This document shows, in pieces, positions 10,940-22,080 of a DNA stretch of 51,083 nucleotides. The translations under genes were made by a program, and so were the position numbers. The notes beneath the pieces are model-generated. The model saw only the letters and a program-made list of their open reading frames with translations, ran no database searches and was not told the origin of the DNA. The stretch is from Chiloscyllium plagiosum (taxonomy: Eukaryota). Where the stretch lies: NCBI RefSeq assembly GCF_004010195.1, contig NC_057728.1, positions 49,937,308-49,988,390 on the forward strand, in the 5' to 3' direction. Each line of letters opens with the position of its first letter. Position 1 is the stretch's first letter.

Positions 10940-11500
10940 GATCCCGGGCAGGGTTGGGAGCAGGGCACAGTCAGAGGCAGGAGAGGGATGGAGTTAAGAT
11001 CAGAGGAGAGTTAGATACAGGAGAAGGATGGATTGGGTACGGAGTGGAGTCGGTAGCAGGAGAGGGATGGATTAGGAGCAGGGCAGAGTCAGAGGCAGGA
11101 GAAGGATGGATTGGGAGCAGGGTGGAGTCAGACGCAGGAGAGGGATGGATTGGGAGCAGGGTGGAGTCAGAATTGGGAGTAGGATGGAGTTGGAAGCAGG
11201 AGAGGGGTGGATTGGGAACAGGGTGGAGTCGAAAGCAGGAGAGGGCTGCATTGGGAACAGGGTGGAGTCGGAAGCAGGAGAGGGATGGATTGGGAACAGG
11301 GTGGAGTTGGAAGCAGGAGAGGGGTGGATTGGGAACAGGGTGGAGTCGAAAGCAGGAGAGGGCTGCATTGGGAACAGGGTGGAATCGAAAGCAGGAGAGG
11401 GATGGATTGGGAACAGGGTGGAGTCGGAAGCAGGAGAGGGCTGGATTGGGAGCAGGGTGGAGTCGGAAGCAGGAGAGAGATGGATTGGGAGTAGGATTGG
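10940..11500. repeat. 39-bp purine/G-rich minisatellite (ggattgggaacagggtggagtcggaagcaggagagggat), about 12 units
   Basis: Tandem units give 13-aa repeats (EAGEGWIGNRVES) in the ORF track, degrading toward the left edge. Confidence 0.93.
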
Positions 11501-11819
11501 ACATGCTGGAGCTCGAAAAAGTGTGAAGAAGATCAAACATTTCACAGGATAGCCCTGAGGTGATTGGTTGGTGAATTTCAGAGCTTTATTCCCTTCCTCC
11601 AAATTTAGGGAGTTTGCCTCAGGAGCTTGAAAATTGCAAATGTGTTTTTGTTTAGATGATAAGAGCTAAGTGAAATATTTCAGTTAATTTTCCCATATTT
11701 AATAGACACTGGGAGAAGAGAGGTGACTAGAGGCAAGTATTTTTTTTAATAGTACATTTTATTATCTACTTGCTTGAGGACTGATAGGTCACTCTTCTCT
11801 GACCTTTGGAGAATTCACC

Positions 11820-12395
11820 CTGTTCCTTGTGGGAACTCCAGGATGGTCACCATTTTCTAAATAATTATATGTGCAAAAGGTGTTGCTGATTGGAGCAGCT
11901 CAAGGTCCAGACTCAGGCAGCAGCTGACATCCTATGGCTTATCTGTGAGGCTGAGAGGGACATGGTCACCCACAGATTGAGAGGATGCAGAGAGTGACAG
12001 AATGGCACATTGGAAGAAACAGGCAGGTAGTGTAAGAATCCTTAGAGTTCATCTCAGAGGCCAACTAATATTCAGCTCTAAATACTGGTAAAAGCAACAG
12101 TTCCTCTTAAAGCCAAGCCCATAGCATCACGGCTGGGTCAGAGAGGGACTTAGTAAAGACAGGAATAGGGACAGAAGGCTTGCTATCCAGGGAACAGACA
12201 AATATTTCGGTGGCCACCAACATGAATCATGGATGATATGTTGCCTCACTTCCTAATGCCAGGGTCAAGGATATCATTGAGCAGTTGCACACTGAGGAAG
12301 GAAGGTAAACGTTCAGAGATTATGATCCACTTCAGCACCAACAACTTAAGGAGGAAGAGGGATTTTGTCCTGCTGTCAGGATTTAAGGAGCTGAG
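11820..12395 (+). pseudogene. Decayed CR1 ORF1 (Cys-rich/coiled segment plus SGNH-esterase-like domain)
   Basis: Across frameshifts: QGTDKYFGGHQHESWMICCL-PNARVKDIIEQL...EGKRSEIMIHFSTNNLRRKRDFVLLSGFKEL. This matches the CR1 ORF1 pattern CLPGARV...VVHIGTND. Confidence 0.7.
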
Positions 12396-12495
12396 TGTGA
12401 AATCAAAATGCCCAGAATTGCATCTGTTTTATTAACTTTGACAGTTACTAACAGCAAATCAGTAAGATCAGGCCGAGTGCGAGCAAAGTAAGCTA

Positions 12496-13550
12496 CTATT
12501 ACACAATTCTTTATCTGAAATTCTGTAATCTGAAAACCTCCGAAATCTGAAATTGTTTTCGTGGAGCATGGAGTGTCATTTTGGCGTGATCCAACCCACA
12601 CTCACTGGAACCACATCACTCAGATGTGACATGGTAGCCTGGCTCAGCACTGGCAAGTGTCAATTTTATCTCACTAATCACATGTGTGTCTGTTCTTATG
12701 TTACGACATGGGAAAAATCCCTTTGCTAATTTAAACTCCGACACACAGGGAAGCTCACCTCGTGTTGTAATCTGTTAAATTTTGAGAGGCAAAGGACTAA
12801 CTCAGATTTCACTATTTAAAGTAAAAATTAACCATTTTATTCTTTAAGTCCAACAGAGAGCATTAAAACCACTATTTACAACTCCTTTCTCTTAAAACTA
12901 TCTTTTACCTCCCACTCTACTGGTCCAATAAAAAAACCTTGATTAAGATTTACAAAAGAAAAATCATGTTTCAAAACTACTCAGTTTTGTTGATTTTCCT
13001 CTGTAGATTTTCCTCTGGGTTTTGTGGGTCCACCTCTTCTTCGGTCTTCTGCTACACAACCTTTCTCCTGGACAGGTACCTTGCAGAGAGCTATGCAGCT
13101 AGCAGTCTATACTTGTTGGTCTTTGGCAGTTCTCCCTCTAACTGTTCAAAATGTCTGATTTTATATCCCAAAACATTAGATGATTTCATTGGTTTTACAT
13201 CGTCAAAACACTAAATTCAAATTCAATTGGATTTTGGTATCTGGGGTATAATTTAAACTGGCTGGCCAAATTTGAACTTGTTTTTGTTCCATGGCAACAC
13301 AACTCCAGGTATTTGTTTCAACTAAATGTTACATTTTTACCTGGTTCAGGACACTCTGTACTTTTGTTCAGTCCTTGCTAGCTTCCTCTCTCTCTCTTAA
13401 AGGTACAGTACTCCTTTACACCTTTATAACAGTTAGGTAATTTTTTAAATTTCACTTGTGAAAATATAATTTATTCTGAAATCTGGAAAATTCCAAATTC
13501 TAAAAACCAACTGGCCCCGAGGATTTTGGATAAAGGATTGTGTACCTGTA
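12496..13550. mobile_element. Tigger/pogo-type MITE interrupted by a solo LTR
   Basis: Left end tacacaattctttatctgaaa and right end ttttggataaaggattgtgtacctg-ta are inverted copies. Internal ccgaaatctgaaa-type subrepeats are present. Confidence 0.65.
12699..13431 (-). mobile_element. Solo LTR (733 bp)
   Basis: TGTTA...TAACA termini with 4-bp flanks ctta/gtta. Minus-strand TATA-like motif near 13160 and AATAAA near 12836. Confidence 0.75.
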
Positions 13551-14377
13551 CCATCCTAACTGTTGCTTGCTCCACCTTGCTTCTTTTGGGCTGCTTAGGG
13601 TTAAGACTGGTCCCTCAGTTACTCAAAAGGCAATGCAACATTTTGAAAGTTAACAGCAGTCTGTGCAGGCATCAGTAATGAATGCAACAGAGACTAACTG
13701 ACTCTCATCGTTTACTTCAAACAACAAATCCATGTCTGCAAATAATAGAATGAAACCTCATTAGTGGAGAGAGCATGCACAGTCAGACACTTGCCGTAGG
13801 AGATTAGTGAGGGTTGCAGTGTCAAAAGGAACAAGCATGTGTGAGCTTTCTCATTCAAAACAAACCTAAGGTTCAATTTGCTGATTTAAATTCAGTATTG
13901 ATGTTTACCAGCATTGAGTTTCTGCTTTCATGGAGTGTAAATCAGGATTAATGGATGTAACTAATAACCTGAAGAAACAGTCATAACATTAAAACTTTAT
14001 GAATAACTGGAACTTGCATTTATATAGCACCATTTACGACCTCAGGACTGTGTTATGTTCATGCCACACAAATGCCAGACAATTATTTATCTCAAGTAAG
14101 GGGCAATCTAACCATCGCCCCTTGACATTTACTGTGACCATTACTCAATCCCACACGATCAACATTATGGGAGTTGCCATTGACCAGAAACTCAATCGGA
14201 TTCGCCACGTTAACACAGTGGCTACAGGAGCAGGTCAGAGGCTAGGAATACTGCAGTGAGTAATTCACTTCCTGACTCCCCAAAGTTTACCATTATGTTA
14301 CCCAAGGCACATGAGAGGAGTGTGATAGAATACTGACCATTTGCCTGGATGGGTGCAGCTCCAACAACACTCAAGAA

Positions 14378-14817
14378 TTTGTGTTGCAGACATTTTATCC
14401 CCTGTCTAGGGTACATCCTCAGTGCTTGGGAGCCTCTTGTGAGGCGCTTCTGTGTTGTTTCCTCCGGCATTTATAGTGGTTTGTCTCTGCTGCTTCCGGT
14501 TGTCAGTTCCAGCTGTCCACTGCAGTGGCCGGTATATTGGGTCCAGGTCGGTGTGTTTGTTGATATCAACAAACACATCGACCTGGACCCAATATACCGG
14601 CCACTGCAGCGGACAGCTGGAACTGACAACCAGAAGCGGCAGAGACAAACCACTATAAATGCCGGAGGAAACAACACAGAAGCGCTTCACAAGAGGCTCC
14701 CAAGCACTGAGGATGTCACTTAGACAGGGGACGAAATGTCTGCAACACAAATTCCCAGCTCGGCGAACAGAACCACAACAACAAGCACCCGAGCTACAAA
14801 TCTTCTCACAAACTTTG
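14378..14817 (+). mobile_element. Penelope-like element 3' end with inverted duplication (380-bp palindrome) and 12-bp TSD
   Basis: The GIY-YIG-type C-terminal peptide INKHIDLDPIYRPLQ appears on both arms. Arms are 14375-14564 and 14565-14754, and the TSD aacactcaagaa lies at 14366-14377 and 14818-14829. Confidence 0.88.
14704..14743 (+). ncRNA. Minimal type I hammerhead ribozyme motif
   Basis: gca-CTGAGGA-t-gtcac..gggac-GAAA-t-GTC-tgc: conserved core, stem II gtc/gac, stem I gca/tgc. Confidence 0.65.
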
Positions 14818-15744
14818 AACACTCAAGAAGCTTGACACCATCCAGGACAGATCAGCCACTTGATTGGTACATCCATAAGGATCCATTCCCTCCACCACTG
14901 ATTGTCAGTAATAGCAGTGTATCGTATCTATAAGATGTCCCACAGAAATTCACCAAAGATCCTTAGACTCTACCTTCCAAACACCTGGCCGCTTCCATCT
15001 ACACGGATAAAGGCAGCAGTTACATGGGAATCCCACCACCGGCAAGTTCCCATCCAACTCACCATCCTGGTTTGAAATATATTCGCTGTTCCTTCACAGT
15101 CACTGGTCAAAATCCTGGAATTCCCTCCCTCAGGGCACTGTGGGTCTACAGACTCATATGGACTGCAGCGGTATGAGAAGACAGCTCACTGCCAATCTCT
15201 CAAGGGCAACTAGGGACTGACAATAAATGATGACCAGCCAGTGTTGCCCATGTTCCAGGAGTGAATTAATAAAAAAAAATCATGATCCACAGTGCAACTG
15301 AACTGTACCCAGAAGGACAAACATGAAAACTTGCAGGTGACAAACATTTGACTTGAAGACTTTGAAATAGAACTTTGTATGACCAATACAACCATGTCCA
15401 ATATTACTATTTTTCACTGTTATTTTTCCTGTGGGAAGGAGGATTGTTAGAATATTTCAACATAAAGACAAAAATTGCATTTACATGTCATTGGACTTAG
15501 AATCATAGTCACAGAGTCATACACCATGGAAACAGACCCTTCCTCTTGAAGCACTCTATTGTTAATGAAGTGCCTTTTCTTCTCCATTGTTGTGATGTTG
15601 AATGATGTAGCAGAGCAGGATTTGTACACCTTCCCACAGAGGTATATGCCCCAATGCATTTCCACCCAGTGTTCAAATAAAATCAATCTAGAAAATTGAC
15701 ACTGTCAAATTATAGAGGAACAGCATGGAAAGAGGCTATTCAGA

Positions 15745-16062
15745 CAAGGCTGAAGGGAGACCTGATTGAGGTCTTTAAAAAACTCCTTTTTCTAGAGGAG
15801 TCAGGGCACGCAGTGCTAAGGTAAGGTACAACTGATTTAAAAGGGATTTGATAAAAACATTTTTTTTAACCCAGAGGTTGATAGTTAACCGGATCTTCCT
15901 GACTAAGAGTGTGTTAGAGATGGGATACATCGCAACACTTAAGAAGTATTTTGATGAGCACTTTGAAATGCCATGGCCTACAAGGCTATAGACCAAATGC
16001 TGGAAGAAGGGATAAGATTATATAGACGCTTACTGACCCAACATGGACATGATGGACTGAAG
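15745..16062 (+). mobile_element. CR1 3' fragment (degenerate)
   Basis: aaggctgaagggagacctgattgaggtc...aagaagtattttgatgagcactttga...gatggactgaaga. Confidence 0.75.
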
Positions 16063-17819
16063 ATAATTGACAAAGGGACCAAGTGAAAAGAGATTTGACA
16101 ATAGTTTTTTTTTAACTTAATGAGTTATAATGATTTTTTCCCATGCTGTAAAAACTCTATGACAATATTTCTAACCCTCTTGCTTCACTAGCTGTCTGAA
16201 ATAGAAATACAATTAGTCCCACTCTCCTTAATCTTCCCAGGGCCCTTCAACTTAACCTTTTTGAGAATTTTCATAACCTCTGTTGAATGTGACGTTTTGA
16301 TCTGCTTCCACAGCTCTTTGGGCAGTGTGTTCTAGATCACAACAACTCACTGAGTAAAAGGCAGACCTCTCACATTTGCTCCTTAGCTCCTCAATTATCT
16401 TTAATCTATGTTCCGTTTGGTTACTGACTGCTATTTATTTTGTAAAACTCTTCTTTAAATCTCCTGTTAAAAATTCTCTTAGCCATCTTTATCCTAAGGA
16501 GGATAATCTCAGCGTTTCAGCAAAACTGCAATCTCAACCTTGCTGCATCCAAGGTGCCATTCCTGTAAATTTCCTTGTGAACCTCTCTGAGACAGTAACA
16601 TTTGCAGCACAGAGAATGGGACATGATTTTCCAGCTGCCCCAAATTAGAATTTCGAGGAGAAATGTAATTTTAGTAACCACCGACACAAAGAAAACGATG
16701 GCTCAAGATTTGCTCATTTTCAGCTACTAATTTGTTCACTCTTTACAGTGAGGTTGGGTGGTTTGCTGTCCATCCAAAGCTCCCCCTTGAACTGAATGGC
16801 TCACTGAATGATTTCAGAAAGCCGTTAAAAGTCAACCACATTGCTGTGGGGCGAGAATCATACATCAGCCAGACTAAGTGTTTTTTTTAATTCATTCATG
16901 GGACATAGATGACATCAACTAGGCCAGCATTTATTGCCTGTCCCAAGTTGCTTTGAGAAGTTGCTGATTAACTGCCTTTTTCAACTGCTGCAGTCCATTG
17001 GATGTATAACCACAATGGCATTAGGAAGAGGGATCTGACCCAGAGACAGCGAATGGATGCTGATACATTTCCAAGTCAGGCTGGTGAGTGACTTGGAGGG
17101 GAGCTCACAGGTGGTGGTATTCCCATGTACCTTGCTACCCTTGTTCTTCTATGTGGTAGCAGACAGGGGTTTGAAAAATGTTCTCTAAGATGCCTGGAGC
17201 TTAAGGAGTATTACAGACTCCCTTTCAGCAAGGACATTTGTAAAATAGATGGGTTTATACACCAGTTGATGATAGTGGTCACCATCCAGATCTCAATTCC
17301 AGATTTTATGTATTAAATTTAGATTCCAACAACCATGTTAGGATTTAAACCCATGTTCCCAGAGCATTAATTAGCATTTGGATTATTGATCTAACGACAT
17401 TACCATTATACCTCCATCTCCCTCGTGATTATTGAATTGAATTCAAAATCTGACATGGGAAGTTGGGGGATTGAGTTCAACAATGTTGGAAACTCATGGG
17501 ATGGCACAGGAGACAAATGGCCATGAAATGGTCACAGAAATCCAACGGGTTTATCAGGAGCTTAGTTTCTTTCCCTGTGCCTAAACATTCACTCACACCT
17601 CTCCCACCGTCCTCCAATTCATTCAGTCTGAGATAATTTTGGTTCACTTCCACACCACGATTGATATTTTAAGTTGTCTTAACAGCCATTGAAGGGTAGT
17701 AATGGCCATTAGGGTCAGTGGTGGCACTCTGAGCTCTGAGTCAGAAACTTATAGGTAAAAAATCCCACTCCAGAGAATTGAACACCAAATTTAACATTGC
17801 AGTATTGATGAACTGCACC

Positions 17820-18110
17820 AAATTCACCAAAGCACTTCAGCACAGCACCTTCCAAACCCATGACCACTTCCATCTCAAAGACAAGGGAAGCAGATCACCA
17901 TTCTGATTTGGAAATATATGGCCGTTCCTTCACTGTTGCTGGGTCAAAATCCTGGAATTCTCTCCCTAAGGGCATTGTGGAACAACCCACAGCAGGCAAA
18001 CTGCAACAGTTCAAGAAAGCAGCTTACCACCACCTTCTCAAGGCCAGGGAGGGACAGGCAATAAATTCTGGCCAGCCAGAGAAGCCTACTTTCCACAAAC
18101 GAATAAAAAC
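17820..18110 (+). mobile_element. 3' end of the CR1/L2-group LINE family
   Basis: SFTVAGSKSWNSLP...LQQFKKAAYHHLLK followed by the family tail. A minus-strand relative lies at about 16885-17190. Confidence 0.75.
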
Positions 18111-18447
18111 AGAGATTGATGAGATGCTGTACTGTCAACAGTTCCAATTTTTGGATCAGATTGTTACCAATTTTACTGATGACATAAAAGATAGACAGGA
18201 AAATAAGACGTGAAGAGGGCACCCACAAGGGGTTACAAAAGGATGTTGGCAGTTAAGCCAATGGGTAAAGATGTGTTAAATGGAGTACAATGTGAGAAAT
18301 TGCCAAATTGCTCATGTTTGAAGGTAAAATACAAAGGAAGCATACTATCCAAATGGTCATGGTTAGGAGGTGCTGGTGTTGGACTGGGGTGGACAAAGTT
18401 AAAAATCCCACAACACCAGGTTATAGTCCAACAGGTTTATTTGGAAG

Positions 18448-18482
18448 CACTAGCTTTCGGAGTGTTGCTCCTTCATCAGGTG
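18448..18482 (-). ncRNA. Minimal hammerhead ribozyme motif
   Basis: Reverse complement: cac-CTGATGA-a-ggag-caaca-ctcc-GAAA-gc-TA-gtg. Confidence 0.7.
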
Positions 18483-19076
18483 GTTGTGTAGCATAGATCA
18501 TAATTCACAGAATTTATCGCTAAAGTTTACAGTGTGATGTAACTGAAATTATATATTGAAAAATACCTGGATTGTTTGTTAAGTCTCTCATCTTTTAGAA
18601 TGACCATGTTGGTTTCAGTTTTTTCATATGTAAGTTGCAAAACTTTTTTAAAAGTTACATTCTCAAGTGAACTTTAACAATTAGTATCATGTCGGCCTAG
18701 ATAATGCATTGAAGATGTAAGCTGCCCTGTGTGAGACTGTCTGTGCCACCCTGGTCAGACTGATACTAATCTAAAAAATGGATTTACAGAATCTTACATG
18801 GATTCATGGAGTTTTTGAGCAAAATAAAATGTAATTCTACAAGTACAAATTCACCCCATAAACTTATATGTGTATGTGTGCATGAGTGTATGTGTGGAGT
18901 GGGGTGGGAGTGGGGGTTATGAGTGTCTGTGAGAGAGTGTGTGTATGTGTGTGAGTGTGAGTGTGAGTGTGAGTGTAAAGGTGAATAAGTCTGTGAGAGG
19001 GTGCGTGTGTGAGTGTGAGAGTGTATGTGTGAGTGTATGAGGGAGGGCCTGCATGAGTGTATGGGTCTGTAAGATT

Positions 19077-19392
19077 GTCTTCAAGGAGAAATTGAAGACT
19101 GCAGATGCTGGAGATAAGAGCTGAAAATGTGTTGCTGGAAAAGCACAGCAGGTCAGGCAGCATCCAAGGAGCTGGAGAATTGACGTTTCGGGCATGAGCC
19201 CTGCTTCAGGAATGAGGAAAGTGTGTCCAGCAGGCTAAGGTAAAAGGTAGGGAGGAGGGACTTGGGGGAGGGGCGTTGGAAATGCGATAGGTGGAAGGAG
19301 GTCAAGGTGAGGGTGATAGGCCGAAGTGGGGGTGGGGACGGAGAGGTGCTGCCTGACCTGCTGCGCTTTTCCAGCAACACATTTTCAGCTCT
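19077..19392 (-). mobile_element. Second PLE-family 3' fragment with partial inverted pLTR, nested in the first PLE
   Basis: agagctgaaaatgtgttgctggaaaagc...caggtcaggcagca is repeated inverted at 19346-19392. The hammerhead core is mutated (CTGAAGC). Imperfect flanking duplication: ctgtaagattgt/ctgtagggttgt. Confidence 0.8.
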
Positions 19393-20454
19393 GTAGGGTT
19401 GTGTGTGTATAGTGCAATGGGGTCACCTAGTGTGACATGAACCCAAGGTCCCAGTTGAGGCCATCCGCGTAAATACCGAACTTGGCTATCAGCTGCTGCT
19501 CGGCCACAGAATGGTGCAGCAGACCTGAAGGGTTGAATGGCTTACTCCTACTTCTGAATCATATGTTTGGTAATATATGGATGTTAAAGTGAAACCTATT
19601 TTATCTTCTCAAGTTGATGTTAATGATTCTATGCAATACTTAGATGAAACTCAGGCAAGTTATCCACATTGTCCTGGTTATTTATTTGTCCCTGAGTCAA
19701 TATCACTGAGAAACAAGGCAATCTGGTGATTATTAGGGACCTTAATTTGTGCAATTTGCCTGCCTCATTTCCTCCACATTGATTCCCAGTTAAAGGTGCT
19801 GAATTAGTTGTGAAGTCCTCTAGAATACTATAGTGTATTATGTAGGTTCTTCACTTGTCTTGCTCCTTCCACAAAGAGCAACTGAACAGATGGATTTCTT
19901 GAATTATTTGCAATTCTCCCACAACCAATCATCAAAGTTAAAGAGCATTGTTTTCATGTGGTGATAGTTTAAGAGTGAAGAGCTACAATTTCACCAGCAG
20001 AAATGTGTTCTAAAAATAGCTGTAAAGCTAACTTGGATAAGCCTGCATAGGTGTACATGAGCTCCCTGCACACAAAGCAACCAATAATTTTGCTGAAATT
20101 GCTTTTTTTACTTAGCAAGTAGTTAGGGAGGGGGTGGAGGTGAAGGAATTGTTAATGTCAGATTGACACAATGGGTCTCCAACTGGTGCTTGAATAGGAC
20201 AGGAGATTAGGTGTAACTCGTTCCAGTTACAATTCTCAGGTCTTTGCCACGCTCTGTACGCAATGAGGCTGATCAGGAGTGTTTAGCAAGCCAGGAACAA
20301 ATAGGTCACAAGATTAGGAATAGTTAAAATGGGGGCTGCAGAATTTAACTCTTCATATTCCTTAAATATCTGACATTACATTGGATTTCTGAAATGCATC
20401 ATGCTGCCTGTGATTGACATGTTTCATTATATCGGAGCAGTGACTGTTCTGACG

Positions 20455-20680
20455 TTGCTTATGGAGTTATCGGAATGAGGCCAGCTAGATGGACCTCACA
20501 GAATATGAGTTCCCTGATTGGGGCTGTTAACCTGGTCCAATCAGGGAACCCTGGCTGACAGATATAAACAGGAGGGTCAGGTGTTTGTCACTGTCGGATC
20601 TAGCTCTGAACTAGCTGGATTAGTGTCACATACTATGCATTATATTGACAGGTAACCAGCTTTCGTGGAGTTATTCCAGC
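20455..20680 (+). mobile_element. Short LTR-like repeat
   Basis: Internal inverted ttccctgattgg...ccaatcagggaa and a TATA-like gatataaa. A second copy lies at 9221-10082. Confidence 0.55.
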
Positions 20681-20684
20681 TAGC

Positions 20685-21010
20685 ATTTAAATTTCATGAC
20701 CTGAGGATATCTCAAAGTGCTTTATAACCTTTGGAGTCCTTTTCCAAATGCAGTCACCATTGTAAATTAGGAAATACAGCAGGTAGCACAGCAAGCTCCC
20801 ACTTACAGCAATGTGGTCATGAGCTGCTGTTGACAATCTGTTTCAGTGACGCTAGTTGAGGGAAAATGTTGACTGGGGCACCAGGAGGATTCCCAGGCCC
20901 CAGTGGTGCTTATAGAGGGTGAGTGGGACTCTGATTAATATCTGAAACCTGGCCCACCCAGGAATGCAGTGTACCTCAGTGCTATACTGTGCAGGTAGCT
21001 TGAGACTCCG
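20685..21010 (-). mobile_element. DeuSINE-like (SacSINE1/AmnSINE-type) SINE
   Basis: Reverse complement of the family at 47740-47980 (gcacagcaagctcccac...cagcaatgtg; gttgagggaaaatgttgactggggcacc). A degenerate copy lies at about 19670-19850. Confidence 0.6.
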
Positions 21011-21029
21011 GCTTCTCACTGTCTGATTC

Positions 21030-21280
21030 CCAAAGGGCCTGACAGAGTTGATGCAGACAGGTTATTTCCCATTTTGGGAGAGTCTAAGACCAGAATAAGG
21101 GGCTACCCATTTAAGACAGAAATGAGGAGGAATTTCTTCTCTTGGGGTAGTGAATCTTTGGAATTTATTACTTCAGAGGGCTGTAGAAGTTGGGTTGCTC
21201 TGCATATTCAAGGCTGAGATAGATTTTTAATCAGAGAGGAAATCAAATAGCCTATGTCTGCTCCTGTGTCTTTTGGTGAT
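21030..21280 (+). mobile_element. CR1 3' fragment
   Basis: gggagagtctaagaccagaataaggggctacccatttaagacagaaatgaggaggaatttcttc. Confidence 0.75.
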
Positions 21281-21881
21281 GCAGTCTAAATTCCTTGAAT
21301 GCTCCAAATCTTTGGAATCTGTATCCTGGAGCTTTGTGGAATTGCTAGTGTTGAATCAATATAAAATTGAGATTGACATGTAGAGATTCATGTGAGCTAG
21401 AATGCCATAAATAACACAGGCTCAATCCACATTCCAGATACAGGCCAATATCCTCACCTTGCCCCACACTTGGAGAGTGAGGCCCTCAAATATATATTTC
21501 CAATTGTCTCTTTGAAGTGGGGAGAGATGCCTATATTCCTTTACAGACTATAGCAAATCACACAATTATCTGGTCACTCAGGGATGCAGGCAGCAGGGAA
21601 AATAACGAGGTGATGCAGAAGATGAGCTACACTTGCAAAGCAGGCTCAAGGGGTCATATGGTTTACAATGATCTGATTTATTGCATTCTAATGGGATATA
21701 TAGACATAGGAGTCTGGACAAGGAGAGAATAAGGGCAAACATCTGTTTTTATTCCTCAATAAATTCTAAGTAAAACAATCAAGAACTTTTTGACCTCTTA
21801 GTATCCTCACACCCAAAAGACCCAATTTAACTTAAGGAAGCTCTTCAAAGACAAAAAAATTAGCATAATTTTCAAAAGCAA

Positions 21882-22080
21882 AGAATGTGGTACTGGAAAA
21901 GCACAGCCAGTCAGGCAGCATCCAAGGAGCAGAAGAGTCAATGTTTCAAGCATAAGCTCTTCCTGTTGAAGAACTTATGCTCGAAACTTTGATTTTCTAC
22001 TCCTTGGATGCTGCCCGACTTCCTATGTTTTTCCAGCTTTCAACTCTGACCTCCAGCATCAGCAGTCCGCACTTTCTCAT
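21882..22080. mobile_element. Degenerate head-to-head PLE pLTR pair (imperfect palindrome centred near 21962)
   Basis: ctggaaaagcacag..gcagcatccaaggag..tttcaagcataagctcttc / gaagaacttatgctcgaaa..ctccttggatgctgcc..ttttccag. Confidence 0.8.

Larger units (their letters stand above)
14035..15280 (+). mobile_element. CR1/L2-group LINE 3' fragment split by a PLE palindrome
   Basis: INIMGVAIDQKLN..HVNTVATGAGQRLGIL...AWMGAAPTTLK|KLDTIQD resumes after the insert. The 3' end is caagggcaactaggga...aattaataaaaaa. Confidence 0.85.
18366..19507 (-). mobile_element. Penelope-like element 3' part (endonuclease C-terminus, CA-rich UTR, pLTR with hammerhead motif)
   Basis: The reverse complement of 19428-19507 reads VAEQQLIAKFGIYADGLNWDLGFMSH*. 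A TG-rich tract spans 18865-19065, and the terminal block is shared with 46794-47019 and 49863-50088. Confidence 0.85.

Noticed and set aside
10954..11602. Overlapping 95-190 aa ORFs on both strands
   Set aside because: Products of a 39-bp repeat lacking stop codons.
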